In this document: positions 46,161 to 56,118 of the stretch, piece by piece
How the letters are laid out: each line of letters starts with the position of its first letter
Numbering within the stretch: position 1 is the first letter of the stretch
Assembly: GCA_003554615.1 (NCBI GenBank)
Contig: PWGX01000027.1
Span: 38,619 to 102,618, forward strand
DNA length: 64,000 nt
Reading direction: 5' to 3'
Origin: Syntrophomonadaceae bacterium
Lineage (GTDB): Bacteria; Bacillota; Dethiobacteria; DTU022
Position numbers and translations under genes: made by a program
Notes under the pieces: generated by a model
The model's input: only the letters and a program-made list of their open reading frames with translations
What the model was told of the DNA's origin: nothing
Databases searched by the model: none

Positions 46161-47102
46161 ATGAAAAAAAATATTTTGGAGTTCCTACAAAATAAGCAAG
46201 ACGGTTACATCTCAGGTAGCTATATCAGCAGAGAGCTGGGTATTAGCCGGGCCGCCGTCTGGAAACAAATCCGGGAGCTGCGCCGTAAAGGTTACCAGAT
46301 CAGCGCCCGCTCAAACTGCGGCTACCGCCTGGAGGAAGAGCCGGACAAGTTAGACAGCGACCTTTTAGAAAAGCACGGCATTAAATATCTCCCCTCAGTT
46401 GATTCAACTAACCTGGTCGCCCGTCACCTGGCTGAAGAAGGACATCCTTCCTACACCACGATCATTGCCGAGGAACAGCTCCGGGGGCGCGGCCGGCGTG
46501 GCCGGGATTGGTATTCTCCTTCGTACAGCGGGCTCTGGTTTTCAGTGATCCTGCGTCCTGAAATGATCAACCCGGCTGCAGCGGCCCCGGTAACCCTCGT
46601 TACCGCTGCCTCCCTGGCCTCCAGTTTAAATAAAAACCAGGATCTGCCGGTTAAGATCAAATGGCCGAATGATCTTTTAATCAAGAGCAAAAAATTTGGA
46701 GGAATCTTGAGCGAAATAAAAGGGGAACCGGACCGGATCGAATACCTGGTTCTCGGAATCGGCCTCAACATAAACCAGCAAGAAGAAAATTTTCCGGCGG
46801 ACATAAAAACCAGGGCCACTTCCCTTTTACTTGAAAGCGGCAAGGTATTCGACCGCACCTCGCTTTTTTTAACACTGTGGAAGGATCTATGCCGGGCTTA
46901 CGAAGTCTTCTTGGAGGAAGGTTTTGCCCCGTTCAGGGATCAACTTTTAACCTACAATTCATTTCTGGGACAGGAAGTCAAGGTTACATGGGCCGGAGGT
47001 TCCCTGGAGGGTGTAGCCTGCGACCTTGATCGGGACGGATCCTTGTTAATCATGGACAACAAAGGAGAGCTGCAAAAAATATACTATGGTGAAATCAGCT
47101 AA
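46161..47102 (+). CDS. birA: bifunctional biotin--[acetyl-CoA-carboxylase] ligase / biotin operon repressor
   Basis: N-terminal HTH (…YISGSYISRELGISRAAVWKQIRELRRKGYQI…), then a biotin protein ligase catalytic domain (GRGRRGRDW) and a C-terminal SH3-like domain. Confidence 0.9.
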   Translation: MKKNILEFLQNKQDGYISGSYISRELGISRAAVWKQIRELRRKGYQISARSNCGYRLEEEPDKLDSDLLEKHGIKYLPSVDSTNLVARHLAEEGHPSYTTIIAEEQLRGRGRRGRDWYSPSYSGLWFSVILRPEMINPAAAAPVTLVTAASLASSLNKNQDLPVKIKWPNDLLIKSKKFGGILSEIKGEPDRIEYLVLGIGLNINQQEENFPADIKTRATSLLLESGKVFDRTSLFLTLWKDLCRAYEVFLEEGFAPFRDQLLTYNSFLGQEVKVTWAGGSLEGVACDLDRDGSLLIMDNKGELQKIYYGEIS

Positions 47103-47685
47103 AAATCCTGCTGCAGAAAGCACCGCCAGATCCCTGCCGCTGGGCAGGCTGACCTTAAGTGCCCTGTTTACGGCCCTGACTGCCGTGTTAGCCCAGTTTG
47201 CCATCCCTGTGCCTTTCAGCCCGGTCCCATTCACCGGCCAGATCATTGGTGTTTTCCTCGCCGGAAGCCTGCTTGGGAAAAGGGCCGGCCTTTTGTCAAT
47301 TACCGCCTATTTGCTGCTCGGGGCCGCCGGAGCCCCGGTCTTTTCCCTGGCCCGCGGGGGTCTGCACATTTTAATGGGGCCCAGTGGGGGCTATTTGTGG
47401 GGGTTCATACCGGCAGTTTACATCATCGGCCTGATCGCTGAAAGAATTTCCCGGCCCACTATTTTCAGCAGTGCAGGGGCCATGCTTGCGGCCCTGGCCG
47501 TAATCTATTTCTGCGGAGCTTTACAGCTCGCCTTTATCATGGGCTATAATATTTACCAGGCTGTGCTGGTGGGAGTGCTGCCGTTTCTTCCTCTCGATCT
47601 GGTTAAGGCCTTTTTGGCCGCCTACCTGGGCTTAGAGCTTAAAAAAAAGCTTCTTCTCAACCGTCTGGAGCATAATCTGTCCTAA
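47086..47685 (+). CDS. bioY: biotin transporter BioY (ECF S-component)
   Basis: 199 aa, 6 TM helices. BioY family. Overlaps birA by 17 nt, the common birA-bioY operon arrangement. Confidence 0.85.
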   Translation: MVKSAKNPAAESTARSLPLGRLTLSALFTALTAVLAQFAIPVPFSPVPFTGQIIGVFLAGSLLGKRAGLLSITAYLLLGAAGAPVFSLARGGLHILMGPSGGYLWGFIPAVYIIGLIAERISRPTIFSSAGAMLAALAVIYFCGALQLAFIMGYNIYQAVLVGVLPFLPLDLVKAFLAAYLGLELKKKLLLNRLEHNLS

Positions 47686-47706
47686 TGATAAAAATGCCGC
47701 CGCCGT

Positions 47707-48486
47707 TCAGGATTTCTGGGCCAACTCATCCCTGGCCAGCAACGCGGCGCCGAGGGCTCCGACAATCTGAGGTTCCCGGGGCACAATCAACTTTTTATTC
47801 AGCTTTTCGTTGAGGGCTTTAACTACCGCCTTGTTTTTGGCCACCCCGCCCGTAATCATCACTTTTTCCTCCAGGCCGACCCGGCGCACCAATCCAGCGG
47901 TACGATCGGCAATTGCCTGGTGAAGGCCGCGGGCTATATCTTCCCTCGGCAATCCTCTGGCAATTAATGACACTACTTCCGACTCGGCAAAAACCGTGCA
48001 CATGCTGCTGATCGATACCGTTTCCCTGGCCTGATTGCTTAATTCAGCCAGGTTCTCCAGTTCCACTTCAAGGGCCTGGGCCATTACCTCGAGGAACCTT
48101 CCGGTCCCGGCAGCACATTTGTCGTTCATGGCAAAATCAAGGACCCGGCCGCTATCACCCAGCAGGATAACTTTACTATCCTGCCCGCCGATATCAATAA
48201 CCGTCCTGACGGAAGGATCCAGGAAGTAAGCCCCCCGGCCGTGACAGGTTATCTCGGTAATCCGCTTGTCGGCAAAATCGATACTGATCCGCCCGTAACC
48301 GGTAGCGACAACAAATTCCAGGTCGGCCTTTTCAAGGCCGGCTGCACCAAGGGCTTGCTCCATTGCTTTTTCAGCGGCCCCCCTGCTGTTCGCTCCCGTC
48401 GGTACAATGACAGACTGAACAATATCCTGCTCAAATATAACAACCTCGGCTGTAAGTGATCCTACATCTATTCCGGCTACCGGCAT
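47707..48486 (-). CDS. BadF/BadG/BcrA/BcrD-type ATPase; (R)-2-hydroxyacyl-CoA dehydratase / benzoyl-CoA reductase-type activase (HgdC-like)
   Basis: 259 aa. Acetate/sugar kinase-like fold (MPVAGIDVGS…, ITGGVAKN). Cluster-ligating cysteines are typical of HgdC-like activases. No dehydratase subunits lie nearby. Confidence 0.75.
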   Translation of the reverse strand: MPVAGIDVGSLTAEVVIFEQDIVQSVIVPTGANSRGAAEKAMEQALGAAGLEKADLEFVVATGYGRISIDFADKRITEITCHGRGAYFLDPSVRTVIDIGGQDSKVILLGDSGRVLDFAMNDKCAAGTGRFLEVMAQALEVELENLAELSNQARETVSISSMCTVFAESEVVSLIARGLPREDIARGLHQAIADRTAGLVRRVGLEEKVMITGGVAKNKAVVKALNEKLNKKLIVPREPQIVGALGAALLARDELAQKS

Positions 48487-48512
48487 CTTTTAAACCTCCA
48501 TTAAGCAGATTA

Positions 48513-49100
48513 TCAATGCGGGAGAAGGGAGCTGATCGCTTTCCAGAGTTCGTCCCGGCCGCTTCCGGTTTGAGCAGAAAATGGAATCAGCAGCTCTTCT
48601 TCGAACAGGCCCAGCTGAGATCTGATCACCCTGTTCTGCCTGATCAGGGCCCCCCGGGAAAGCTTGTCCGCCTTGGTAGCCGCGGTGATGCGGGGGATAC
48701 TGTTCATCCGTAACCAATCTGCCATCAACCGGTCGTCTTCCGTCGGCTCGTGGCGGCAGTCTACCAGGTGGACGCACCCGTAAAGATTACCCCTCGCTTC
48801 CAGGTATGCTTCGATAATCGGCGCCCAGCGCTGCCGTTCCTTCTTAGAAATTTTTGCATATCCATAACCGGGAAGGTCGACAAAACATAATTTGCCGTTT
48901 AACAGGTAAAAATAAAGGCCCCGCGTTTTCCCGGGTGTTGAACTGGTTCGGGCTAGATTTTTCCGCCCGATCAGCTTATTAATCAAAGATGATTTGCCCA
49001 CATTGGAGCGGCCCAGAAAGGATATTTCCGGTATGTCCCACTCCGGAAAAGCATCGATGCTGTGGGCGGCGGCTTTCAGCTCTGCCTGCTTGATCTTCAC
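48513..49100 (-). CDS. engB: ribosome biogenesis GTP-binding protein YihA/YsxC (EngB)
   Basis: G1 motif GRSNVGKSSLIN. Located downstream of lon, as usual. Confidence 0.9.
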   Translation of the reverse strand: MKIKQAELKAAAHSIDAFPEWDIPEISFLGRSNVGKSSLINKLIGRKNLARTSSTPGKTRGLYFYLLNGKLCFVDLPGYGYAKISKKERQRWAPIIEAYLEARGNLYGCVHLVDCRHEPTEDDRLMADWLRMNSIPRITAATKADKLSRGALIRQNRVIRSQLGLFEEELLIPFSAQTGSGRDELWKAISSLLPH

Positions 49101-49124
49101 CTTTTCACCTGTTACCCCTTATTT

Positions 49125-51542
49125 TCAATGGCGGATCGAAGAATCCCGATTTTCTTCAGGCGCGTTTAAATCCTTTTCACCAAGGGCTTTTTCCGGAAGC
49201 TTATCCTTGATACCTTCAATCGGTTCGGCCAGGGCCATTTCCAGGATCTCGTCCATGTGTTCCACCAGTTTAGCTTCGACCTTGCGCTTAACATTCGCCG
49301 GTATATCGCTCAGATCCCGGCGGTTTTCGGCCGGCATGATCATATGCCTGATTCCGGCCCTGTGGGCGGCAAGCATCTTTTCCTTCACGCCGCCGACCGG
49401 CAAAACCCGGCCCCTTAAGGTGATCTCCCCGGTCATAGTGACATCGTTTCGGACCGGGATCCTGGTAAAGGCCGAAGCGAGGGCGGTCGCCATGGAGATA
49501 CCGGCCGACGGGCCGTCCTTGGGGATGGCTCCCTCGGGGACGTGGATGTGGATATCCACTTTTTCATAGAAATTTTCTTCCAGTCCGAGCTCTTCGGCCC
49601 GGGAGCGGATGTAACTCATGGCCGCCTTGGCCGATTCCTGCATTACTTCGCCCAGCTGACCGGTCAGGGTCATTTTCCCCTTGCCCTTCATCAGGCTTAC
49701 CTCGATCGAGAGCAGATCGCCCCCGCTTTCAGTCCAGGCCAACCCTGTGGCCACCCCAATTTCTTTTTTCTTCTCCGCCACCCCGAAGCGGTAGCGGGGG
49801 ATACCCAGGTATTTTTGCAGGTTATTGCTGGTCAATCTGACCTTCTTCTTACGATCTTTGACCACTTCACGGGCCACTTTGCGGCAGATTGCGGATATGC
49901 TCCTTTCCAGGTTGCGCACCCCCGCTTCCCGGGTATATTCCCGGATAATCCGCCGGATTGCCCCTTCCGAAATCTTGAGCTGGTCCTCACCGAGCCCGTT
50001 TTCCCTGAGCTGTTTAGGAATCAGGTACTGCCTGGCAATTTCCACCTTGTCTTCCTCGGTGTAACCGGGAATATGGATCAGTTCCATCCGGTCCAGCAAG
50101 GGCTGGGGGATGTTAAAAGAAGTATTCCCGGTGGTAATAAACATCACCTGGGACAGATCAAAAGGAATTTCGATGTAATGATCGCTGAAAACACTATTTT
50201 GCTCGGGGTCGAGGACTTCCAGCAGGGCCGAAGAAGGATCCCCCCGGAAATCGGTGGACATCTTGTCTATCTCGTCCATCAGGAAGATGGGGTTTTTTGA
50301 CTTGGCTTCACGCATGCCCTGGATAATCCTGCCCGGCAGGGCCCCGATGTAAGTGCGGCGGTGGCCCCTGATTTCAGCTTCATCGCGCACTCCGCCCAGG
50401 GAAATTCGCACAAAGTTGCGTTCAAGAGCCCTGGCTACGGATTTAGCCAGTGAAGTTTTGCCTACACCGGGAGGACCGATCAGGCACAGGATTGGCCCTT
50501 TCAGCTTATCAGCCAGCTGGCGAACCGCCAGGTATTCAATGATCCGCTCTTTAACATTTTGCAGGCCGTAATGATCTTCATCCAGGATCTGTTCGGCCAC
50601 ATCCAGATCAAGGCGATCCGTGGTTTCTCCCGACCAGGGCAGTTCCAGCAGCCAGTCCAGGTAAGTCCTGATTACAATGGCTTCAGCAGCAGCGGGAGGC
50701 ATTTTCTCCAACCGGTCAACTTCTTTGAGCGCTTTCTCCTCGACTTCTTCGGGGAGGCCGGTCTCGGCAATTTTTTCCCGGTACTCTTCCGCTTCCGCTT
50801 CTCTTTCATCTTTTTCGCCCAGTTCTTTCTGGATTGCCTTCATCTGCTCCCGCAGGTAATATTCTTTTTGAGTCTTTTCCATCTGCTTGCGGACCCTTAA
50901 ATTTATCTTCTGTTCTATTTCCTGGATTTCAATTTCATTGCTCAAGATTTCATTTAATTTTTCCAGGCGCTCTTTGATCTCAATCGCTTCCAGTAACTGC
51001 TGCTTTTGCTCAACCTTCATGCTCAGGTGAGAGGCAATAACATCGGCAAACCGGCCCGGTTCTTCTATATCGGAAACCGTGGACAGGGTTTCCGGGGGAA
51101 CCTTGCGGTTAATCTTGATGTACTGCTCGAACTGGTTGAGCACACTCCTCATCAAGGCTTCCATTTCCTGGGTTTTTTCCGCCTCATCTTCGACAATATC
51201 AGCATCCGCTTCAAAAAACAGTTCCTCGGTATGCATTTTCAAAATTTTAGCCCTGTTAAGGCCTTCAACCAGGACGCGGATAGTCCCGCCGGGCAGCTTG
51301 ATCATTTGCTTAACTGTAGCCAGGGTTCCCACGTCATGAAGATCTTCTTCACCGGGTTCGGACATCTTGGCTTCCTTCTGGGTGATCAAGATGATCCGGT
51401 TATCATTCATCATTGAACGTTCCAGAGCCGATACCGATCTTTCCCGCCCGACATCAAGATGCAAAACCATGCTGGGAAATACCAGTACACCCCTTAAAGG
51501 CAGAACCGGTAGTTTTTCTTCTTTCGTCATAGTTAAAACCAC
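49125..51542 (-). CDS. lon: ATP-dependent Lon protease
   Basis: 805 aa. N-terminal Lon domain, AAA+ Walker A (GPPGVGKTS) and C-terminal Ser-Lys protease domain (PKDGPSAG). Confidence 0.95.
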   Translation of the reverse strand: MVLTMTKEEKLPVLPLRGVLVFPSMVLHLDVGRERSVSALERSMMNDNRIILITQKEAKMSEPGEEDLHDVGTLATVKQMIKLPGGTIRVLVEGLNRAKILKMHTEELFFEADADIVEDEAEKTQEMEALMRSVLNQFEQYIKINRKVPPETLSTVSDIEEPGRFADVIASHLSMKVEQKQQLLEAIEIKERLEKLNEILSNEIEIQEIEQKINLRVRKQMEKTQKEYYLREQMKAIQKELGEKDEREAEAEEYREKIAETGLPEEVEEKALKEVDRLEKMPPAAAEAIVIRTYLDWLLELPWSGETTDRLDLDVAEQILDEDHYGLQNVKERIIEYLAVRQLADKLKGPILCLIGPPGVGKTSLAKSVARALERNFVRISLGGVRDEAEIRGHRRTYIGALPGRIIQGMREAKSKNPIFLMDEIDKMSTDFRGDPSSALLEVLDPEQNSVFSDHYIEIPFDLSQVMFITTGNTSFNIPQPLLDRMELIHIPGYTEEDKVEIARQYLIPKQLRENGLGEDQLKISEGAIRRIIREYTREAGVRNLERSISAICRKVAREVVKDRKKKVRLTSNNLQKYLGIPRYRFGVAEKKKEIGVATGLAWTESGGDLLSIEVSLMKGKGKMTLTGQLGEVMQESAKAAMSYIRSRAEELGLEENFYEKVDIHIHVPEGAIPKDGPSAGISMATALASAFTRIPVRNDVTMTGEITLRGRVLPVGGVKEKMLAAHRAGIRHMIMPAENRRDLSDIPANVKRKVEAKLVEHMDEILEMALAEPIEGIKDKLPEKALGEKDLNAPEENRDSSIRH

Positions 51543-51547
51543 CTATC

Positions 51548-51601
51548 TATAATAAAAGTTAAAGCGAGAAGCCTCCGGGTGTTAACTATTCGCTTCCCGC
51601 T
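51548..51601 (-). terminator. hairpin terminator/attenuator between clpX and lon (bidirectional-type)
   Basis: Stem AGCGAGAAGC…GCTTCCCGCT (one mismatch) flanked by U-rich tracts on both strands. Confidence 0.4.
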
Positions 51602-51668
51602 TTATTTTTACCTGTTCAGGTTCCGGATTATCGCCTGTTCCGGTTAGTTTGTTTATATCACTGTTATT

Positions 51669-52928
51669 TCAGGCTGATTCCTCTTTCTTATTGCTTTTAT
51701 CTTTGGTAACTAAAATTGGCGTATCCCCGTTAAGGACCACTTCCCTGGTGATGATACAGCGTTCGATATCCTCCCGGGAGGGCAGTTCATACATCACGTT
51801 TAGCAGGGTTTCTTCCAGGATCGCCCTGAGGCCCCTGGCTCCCGTGTTCCTGTTCATCGCTTCTTCGGCTATCGCCCTGAGGCTGTTTTCTTTAAATTCG
51901 AGGGTGACACCGTCAAGTTCGAAAATTTTCTGGTACTGTTTGACCAGTGCATTGCGCGGCTCCGTCAGGATGCGCACAAAGGCGTCGACATCTAGCGGAT
52001 CAAGGGTGGCAATAACCGGAATCCGGCCTACAAATTCAGGAATCAGGCCATACTTGAGCAGGTCCTGTGGAAGGATCTGCTTTAATATAGCTCCCAGGTT
52101 TTTATCATCGGGCGTGGTCACTTCAGCTCCAAAACCGATTCCCTTGTTGCCGACCCGGTTCTGGATAAGTTTTTCCAGGCCGTCAAAGGCGCCGCCGCAA
52201 ATAAACAGGATGTCGGTCGTGTCGATCTGCATGAATTCCTGGTGCGGGTGCTTGCGTCCCCCCTGGGGCGGCACGCTGGCCACGGTCCCTTCCAGGATCT
52301 TCAGCAGGGCCTGCTGGACCCCTTCACCGGAAACATCCCGGGTTATGGAAGGGTTGTCCGTTTTGCGGGCTACCTTATCGATTTCATCGATATAGACAAT
52401 CCCTTTTTCCGCTTTTTCCAGGTCGTAGTCGGCGGCCTGGATCAACTTGAGCAATATATTCTCCACGTCTTCGCCTACATAACCGGCTTCTGTAAGCGAG
52501 GTCGCATCAGCAATGGCAAAAGGCACATTCAGGATCCGGGCCAAAGTCTGGGCCAGCAAGGTTTTACCTACCCCGGTCGGCCCGATCAGGACAATATTGC
52601 TCTTTTGCAGTTCCACATCTTCCACTTTCTGACCGGCGTTTACCCGCTTGTAGTGGTTATACACGGCAACGGAGAGGCTCCTCTTGGCCGCTTCCTGGCC
52701 GATCACATATTGATCAAGGACCTCGTTAATATCCTGCGGTTTGGGAAGTTCCACAAATCCCAGGTCCGATTGTTCCCCCATCTCTTCTTCTATGATTTCG
52801 TTGCACAACTCGATACACTCATCGCAGATATAAACGCCGGGCCCGGCAACAAGCTTGCGCACCTGCTCCTGCGTTTTTCCGCAAAATGAGCATTTCAGCT
52901 GTCCTTTTTCTTCATTAAATTTAAACAT
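51669..52928 (-). CDS. clpX: ATP-dependent Clp protease ATP-binding subunit ClpX
   Basis: Zn-finger CSFCGK…CDEC, and Walker A GPTGVGKT. Confidence 0.95.
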   Translation of the reverse strand: MFKFNEEKGQLKCSFCGKTQEQVRKLVAGPGVYICDECIELCNEIIEEEMGEQSDLGFVELPKPQDINEVLDQYVIGQEAAKRSLSVAVYNHYKRVNAGQKVEDVELQKSNIVLIGPTGVGKTLLAQTLARILNVPFAIADATSLTEAGYVGEDVENILLKLIQAADYDLEKAEKGIVYIDEIDKVARKTDNPSITRDVSGEGVQQALLKILEGTVASVPPQGGRKHPHQEFMQIDTTDILFICGGAFDGLEKLIQNRVGNKGIGFGAEVTTPDDKNLGAILKQILPQDLLKYGLIPEFVGRIPVIATLDPLDVDAFVRILTEPRNALVKQYQKIFELDGVTLEFKENSLRAIAEEAMNRNTGARGLRAILEETLLNVMYELPSREDIERCIITREVVLNGDTPILVTKDKSNKKEESA

Positions 52929-52967
52929 CGGGAGAAATCACCTCATCTCCACTTTAGAGTTGCATTA

Positions 52968-53555
52968 TTAAGTTCTGTTAGCCAGTATATCATCAACAAT
53001 CCCGTATTGTTGGGAATCCTCAGCCGACATAAAGAAATCACGGTCGGTATCTTTGGCAATGGTTTCCACCGGTTGGCCGGTATGATGGGACAGGATTTCG
53101 TTTAATGTCTCCCTGACCTTGATAATTTCCCGGGCATGGATGTCGATATCGACAGCCTGGCCCTGGGCCCCACCGGCCGGCTGGTGCAGCATGATCCTGG
53201 AGTGGGGGAGGGCAAACCGTTTGCCTTCTTCTCCAGCTGCCAGCAGCACGGCGCCAAAGCTGGCTGCCAAACCGACACAGATAGTCGATATATTCGGTTT
53301 TACATATAACATTGTATCATAAATGGCCATCCCGGCATAAACCGCTCCCCCGGGGGAATTTATGTACAAACTGATATCTTTCTTCGGATCTTCCGATTCC
53401 AGGAACAGCATCTGGGCCACAATCAGGTTTGCCACATTGTCATCTATGGGGCTACCCAGGAAAATGATCCGATCCTTGAGCAGACGCGAGTAAATATCAT
53501 AGGCTCTTTCGCCGCGGCTGGTCTGTTCAACCACCATTGGCACCAATACACTCAT
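52968..53555 (-). CDS. clpP: ATP-dependent Clp protease proteolytic subunit ClpP
   Basis: 195 aa. Catalytic Ser context [11 protein letters not shown] and His/Asp triad region. Confidence 0.95.
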   Translation of the reverse strand: MSVLVPMVVEQTSRGERAYDIYSRLLKDRIIFLGSPIDDNVANLIVAQMLFLESEDPKKDISLYINSPGGAVYAGMAIYDTMLYVKPNISTICVGLAASFGAVLLAAGEEGKRFALPHSRIMLHQPAGGAQGQAVDIDIHAREIIKVRETLNEILSHHTGQPVETIAKDTDRDFFMSAEDSQQYGIVDDILANRT

Positions 53556-53603
53556 TTTTTATGTCCTCCCTATTATTTCTCTTTTGTTATATAATATCAT
53601 GTT

Positions 53604-55067
53604 TTATTGATCTTCGGAGTCTTTATTAATTTTCTCTTCACCGCTTTTTTCTTCACCGGCCTCTTCGGCGGCTTCTGCACGGCCGGTTTTTTCCTTTTCC
53701 TCTTCTGCTGTCACTTCTTCTCCGCCGCTCTCTTCCTTTTTATCGGACGGTTCTACCATTTTATCGGACGGTTCTACCATCGTGATATTGGCTGTTTCAA
53801 CAAGCAGATCCACTGCCTTGCGAATTCTTAATTCTTCGCGAATGGAAGGCAGGCGGCCCTGTTTTTCCAGAATTTCCTTGATCCGGTCTACCTGGTCCTC
53901 GTAGGCTTCGGCTATTTCAGCAAGCTTAGCATCTATTTCGCTGTCGTCGACCGTAAATCCTTCTTTTTTCGCTATAGCGTCCAGGACCAGGTTGGCCTTG
54001 GTCCGTTTTTCCGCCTCCGGCCGGTTCTGCTCGCGTAATTCTTCCCTGGTTTTGCCTGAAAGCTCCAGGAATTGATCGAGTCCCAGTCCCTGCCGACGGA
54101 GGTAATTTTCCATCTCGTCGATCATCCGGTCTATCTGTCGATCAACCAGGATTTCCGGCAGTTTGACTTCCGAGGCGTCGGTAACCTTTTCGATTAAAGA
54201 TTCCTCCAGCTTTGTTTTCGACTGTTCCTCCGCATTCTTAAGCAGTTTTTCTTTTAAATCAGCTTTCATTTCCTCAAAGGTATCAAATTCACTGACTTCC
54301 TTGACAAAATCATCATTAAGTTCAGGAAGCTGTTTCTCCTTTACCTGCTTCAGGCTGACCTGGAAAGTGGCTTCTTTGCCGGCCAGATCTTCATTGCTGT
54401 AGTCTTCAGGAAATGTTACCTTGATTTCTTTTTCGTCACCCTGCTTTAATCCCACCAACTGTTCTTCAAAACCGGGCACAAAAGAATGTGAGCCCAGCTC
54501 CAGGGAATGATCTTCAGCCTCCCCGCCTTCAAAAGGTTCGCCGTCGACAAAACCTTTAAAATCTATGGTTACCAGGTCACCGTCCTGGGCCGGTTGATCT
54601 TCTTTTGGAACCAGGCGGGAATTTTGTTCCCGCAGCATGTAGATTTGATGATCCACCTGCAGGTCATCGATATTTACTTCCCCCTGCTCGGCCTCAAGGC
54701 CCCTGTATTCGCCCAGTTCAATCTCGGGCAGGACTTCGACCACGGCATTGAACAGGAGGGGTTTGCCTTCTTCGATCTGGACCAGCTCAAATTCGGGCTG
54801 GTTTATGGGATCGATATCGGCCTCTTCCAGCGCTTTTTCATAGGCCGGAGGGACCAGTTCTTCCAGGGCTTCCTCGTGCAGGACTTCCGGTCCGAAGTGT
54901 GATTCCATCACCCGGCGCGGAACTTTGCCTTTACGGAAACCCGGCAGGCTAACTTTTTTTACAACCTTGCGGTAAGCCTTGTCCAGCGCCGTGTCAACCT
55001 CCGGTACATCGACCTCGACTTCTAATTTTACCTTGTTGTCCTCTATTTTTTCATAGCGGTTTAACAT
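53604..55067 (-). CDS. tig: trigger factor with acidic Glu/Lys-rich C-terminal extension
   Basis: 487 aa. N-terminal ribosome-binding domain, FKBP-type PPIase domain and C-terminal arm. The tail contains a duplicated heptapeptide MVEPSDKMVEPSDK. Confidence 0.9.
   Translation of the reverse strand: MLNRYEKIEDNKVKLEVEVDVPEVDTALDKAYRKVVKKVSLPGFRKGKVPRRVMESHFGPEVLHEEALEELVPPAYEKALEEADIDPINQPEFELVQIEEGKPLLFNAVVEVLPEIELGEYRGLEAEQGEVNIDDLQVDHQIYMLREQNSRLVPKEDQPAQDGDLVTIDFKGFVDGEPFEGGEAEDHSLELGSHSFVPGFEEQLVGLKQGDEKEIKVTFPEDYSNEDLAGKEATFQVSLKQVKEKQLPELNDDFVKEVSEFDTFEEMKADLKEKLLKNAEEQSKTKLEESLIEKVTDASEVKLPEILVDRQIDRMIDEMENYLRRQGLGLDQFLELSGKTREELREQNRPEAEKRTKANLVLDAIAKKEGFTVDDSEIDAKLAEIAEAYEDQVDRIKEILEKQGRLPSIREELRIRKAVDLLVETANITMVEPSDKMVEPSDKKEESGGEEVTAEEEKEKTGRAEAAEEAGEEKSGEEKINKDSEDQ
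53738..53779 (-). repeat. perfect 21-bp tandem duplication inside tig coding sequence (in-frame, encodes MVEPSDK x2)
   Basis: The 21-nt unit ttttatcggacggttctacca occurs twice in tandem, at 53738-53758 and 53759-53779. Confidence 0.95.
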
Positions 55068-55366
55068 ATTATACTCCTTTCCTTGCCATCTGTTTCCTTT
55101 CAGTTTATAGATATACCATTATATTGAAATATATCTTAACACATCTCCGTGATGTTGGCATCAATTAAAATTCACAATAAAAACGCCCTTGTATGCAGGC
55201 GTTAAAAACAACTATATCTTAACATAGAAAAAAAGCGGTTACAACCGATTCAATCAAAGTTCATTTATTATTAGCGGCCAGTGCCAATGCCATCCCGGCG
55301 CAGCCGCCCTACTTACCCGCTTGATTATTTTTATCGATTCCACTTTTTAAATAATAGCGACAAATC

Positions 55367-55421
55367 TTGATTATTATCTCAAAATATTGTACAATACAAA
55401 AACGAATGAGCCTTCATTCAT
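55367..55421 (+). promoter_or_regulatory. promoter (TTGATT-17-TACAAT) with FadR-type operator acGAATGAgcctTCATTCAT immediately downstream
   Basis: -35 TTGATT at 55367-55372, -10 TACAAT at 55390-55395. Palindrome at 55402-55421 matches the Bacillus FadR/YsiA box form ATGAATGA-N4-TCATTCAT. Confidence 0.5.
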
Positions 55422-55448
55422 TAATCTTTGTAATCAACCGGAGGGCAT

Positions 55449-56030
55449 ATGGCCAAAAGAAGCGGCGAAAAACACCAGGTTATCCTTGACGCGGCAGTAA
55501 AAACCTTTGCCCGGACCGGTTATCACCGCACCAGGATCTCAGACATTGCCGGCGAAGCCGGTGTAGCAGACGGGACTGTCTACATTTATTTTGACAACAA
55601 GGAGGATATTTTAATCTCCCTCTTTCAAAATTTAATGAACCGTTTTGTGGAAGAACTAAGGGCAGAACTCGCCCAATGCCATGACGCCAATGTAAAACTG
55701 GAAACTATAATCGATTACCACCTGCGGACCCTGGCCAGCAAACCCGATCAGGCCAGGGTCACCCAGATCGAATTGAGACAGATAGATCAGGATATCAATG
55801 AAGGCATATCCAAACCGCTTTTATGTTACTTTCAGCTGATCGAGGAGGTGATTGAAGAAGGCAAAAAGCAGGCCCTTTACAGGCAAGAATTAAACACCAG
55901 AACCGCCCGCAAAGTAGTATTCGGCGCTATAGACGAAGTTGTCACCTGCTGGGTCATGTCCAGCAAACCCTATCCGCTGGCCGAACTAAAAAAACCTGTC
56001 TTTGACCTGCTGGTAAGAGGGCTGCAGTGA
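55449..56030 (+). CDS. TetR-family transcriptional regulator (FadR/YsiA-like fatty-acid degradation repressor)
   Basis: N-terminal TetR HTH (…AAVKTFARTGYHRTRISDIAGEAGVADGTVYIYFDNKEDIL…). Preceded by a FadR-box palindrome and followed by beta-oxidation genes. Confidence 0.75.
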   Translation: MAKRSGEKHQVILDAAVKTFARTGYHRTRISDIAGEAGVADGTVYIYFDNKEDILISLFQNLMNRFVEELRAELAQCHDANVKLETIIDYHLRTLASKPDQARVTQIELRQIDQDINEGISKPLLCYFQLIEEVIEEGKKQALYRQELNTRTARKVVFGAIDEVVTCWVMSSKPYPLAELKKPVFDLLVRGLQ

Positions 56031-56118
56031 TCTTTTCAATAAATCCTTTACTTTAAAGCGTACTCTTTTTTAAAAGCACTATAAGTCCATTAAACATGAA
56101 GTTGAAGGAGGTATTTAG

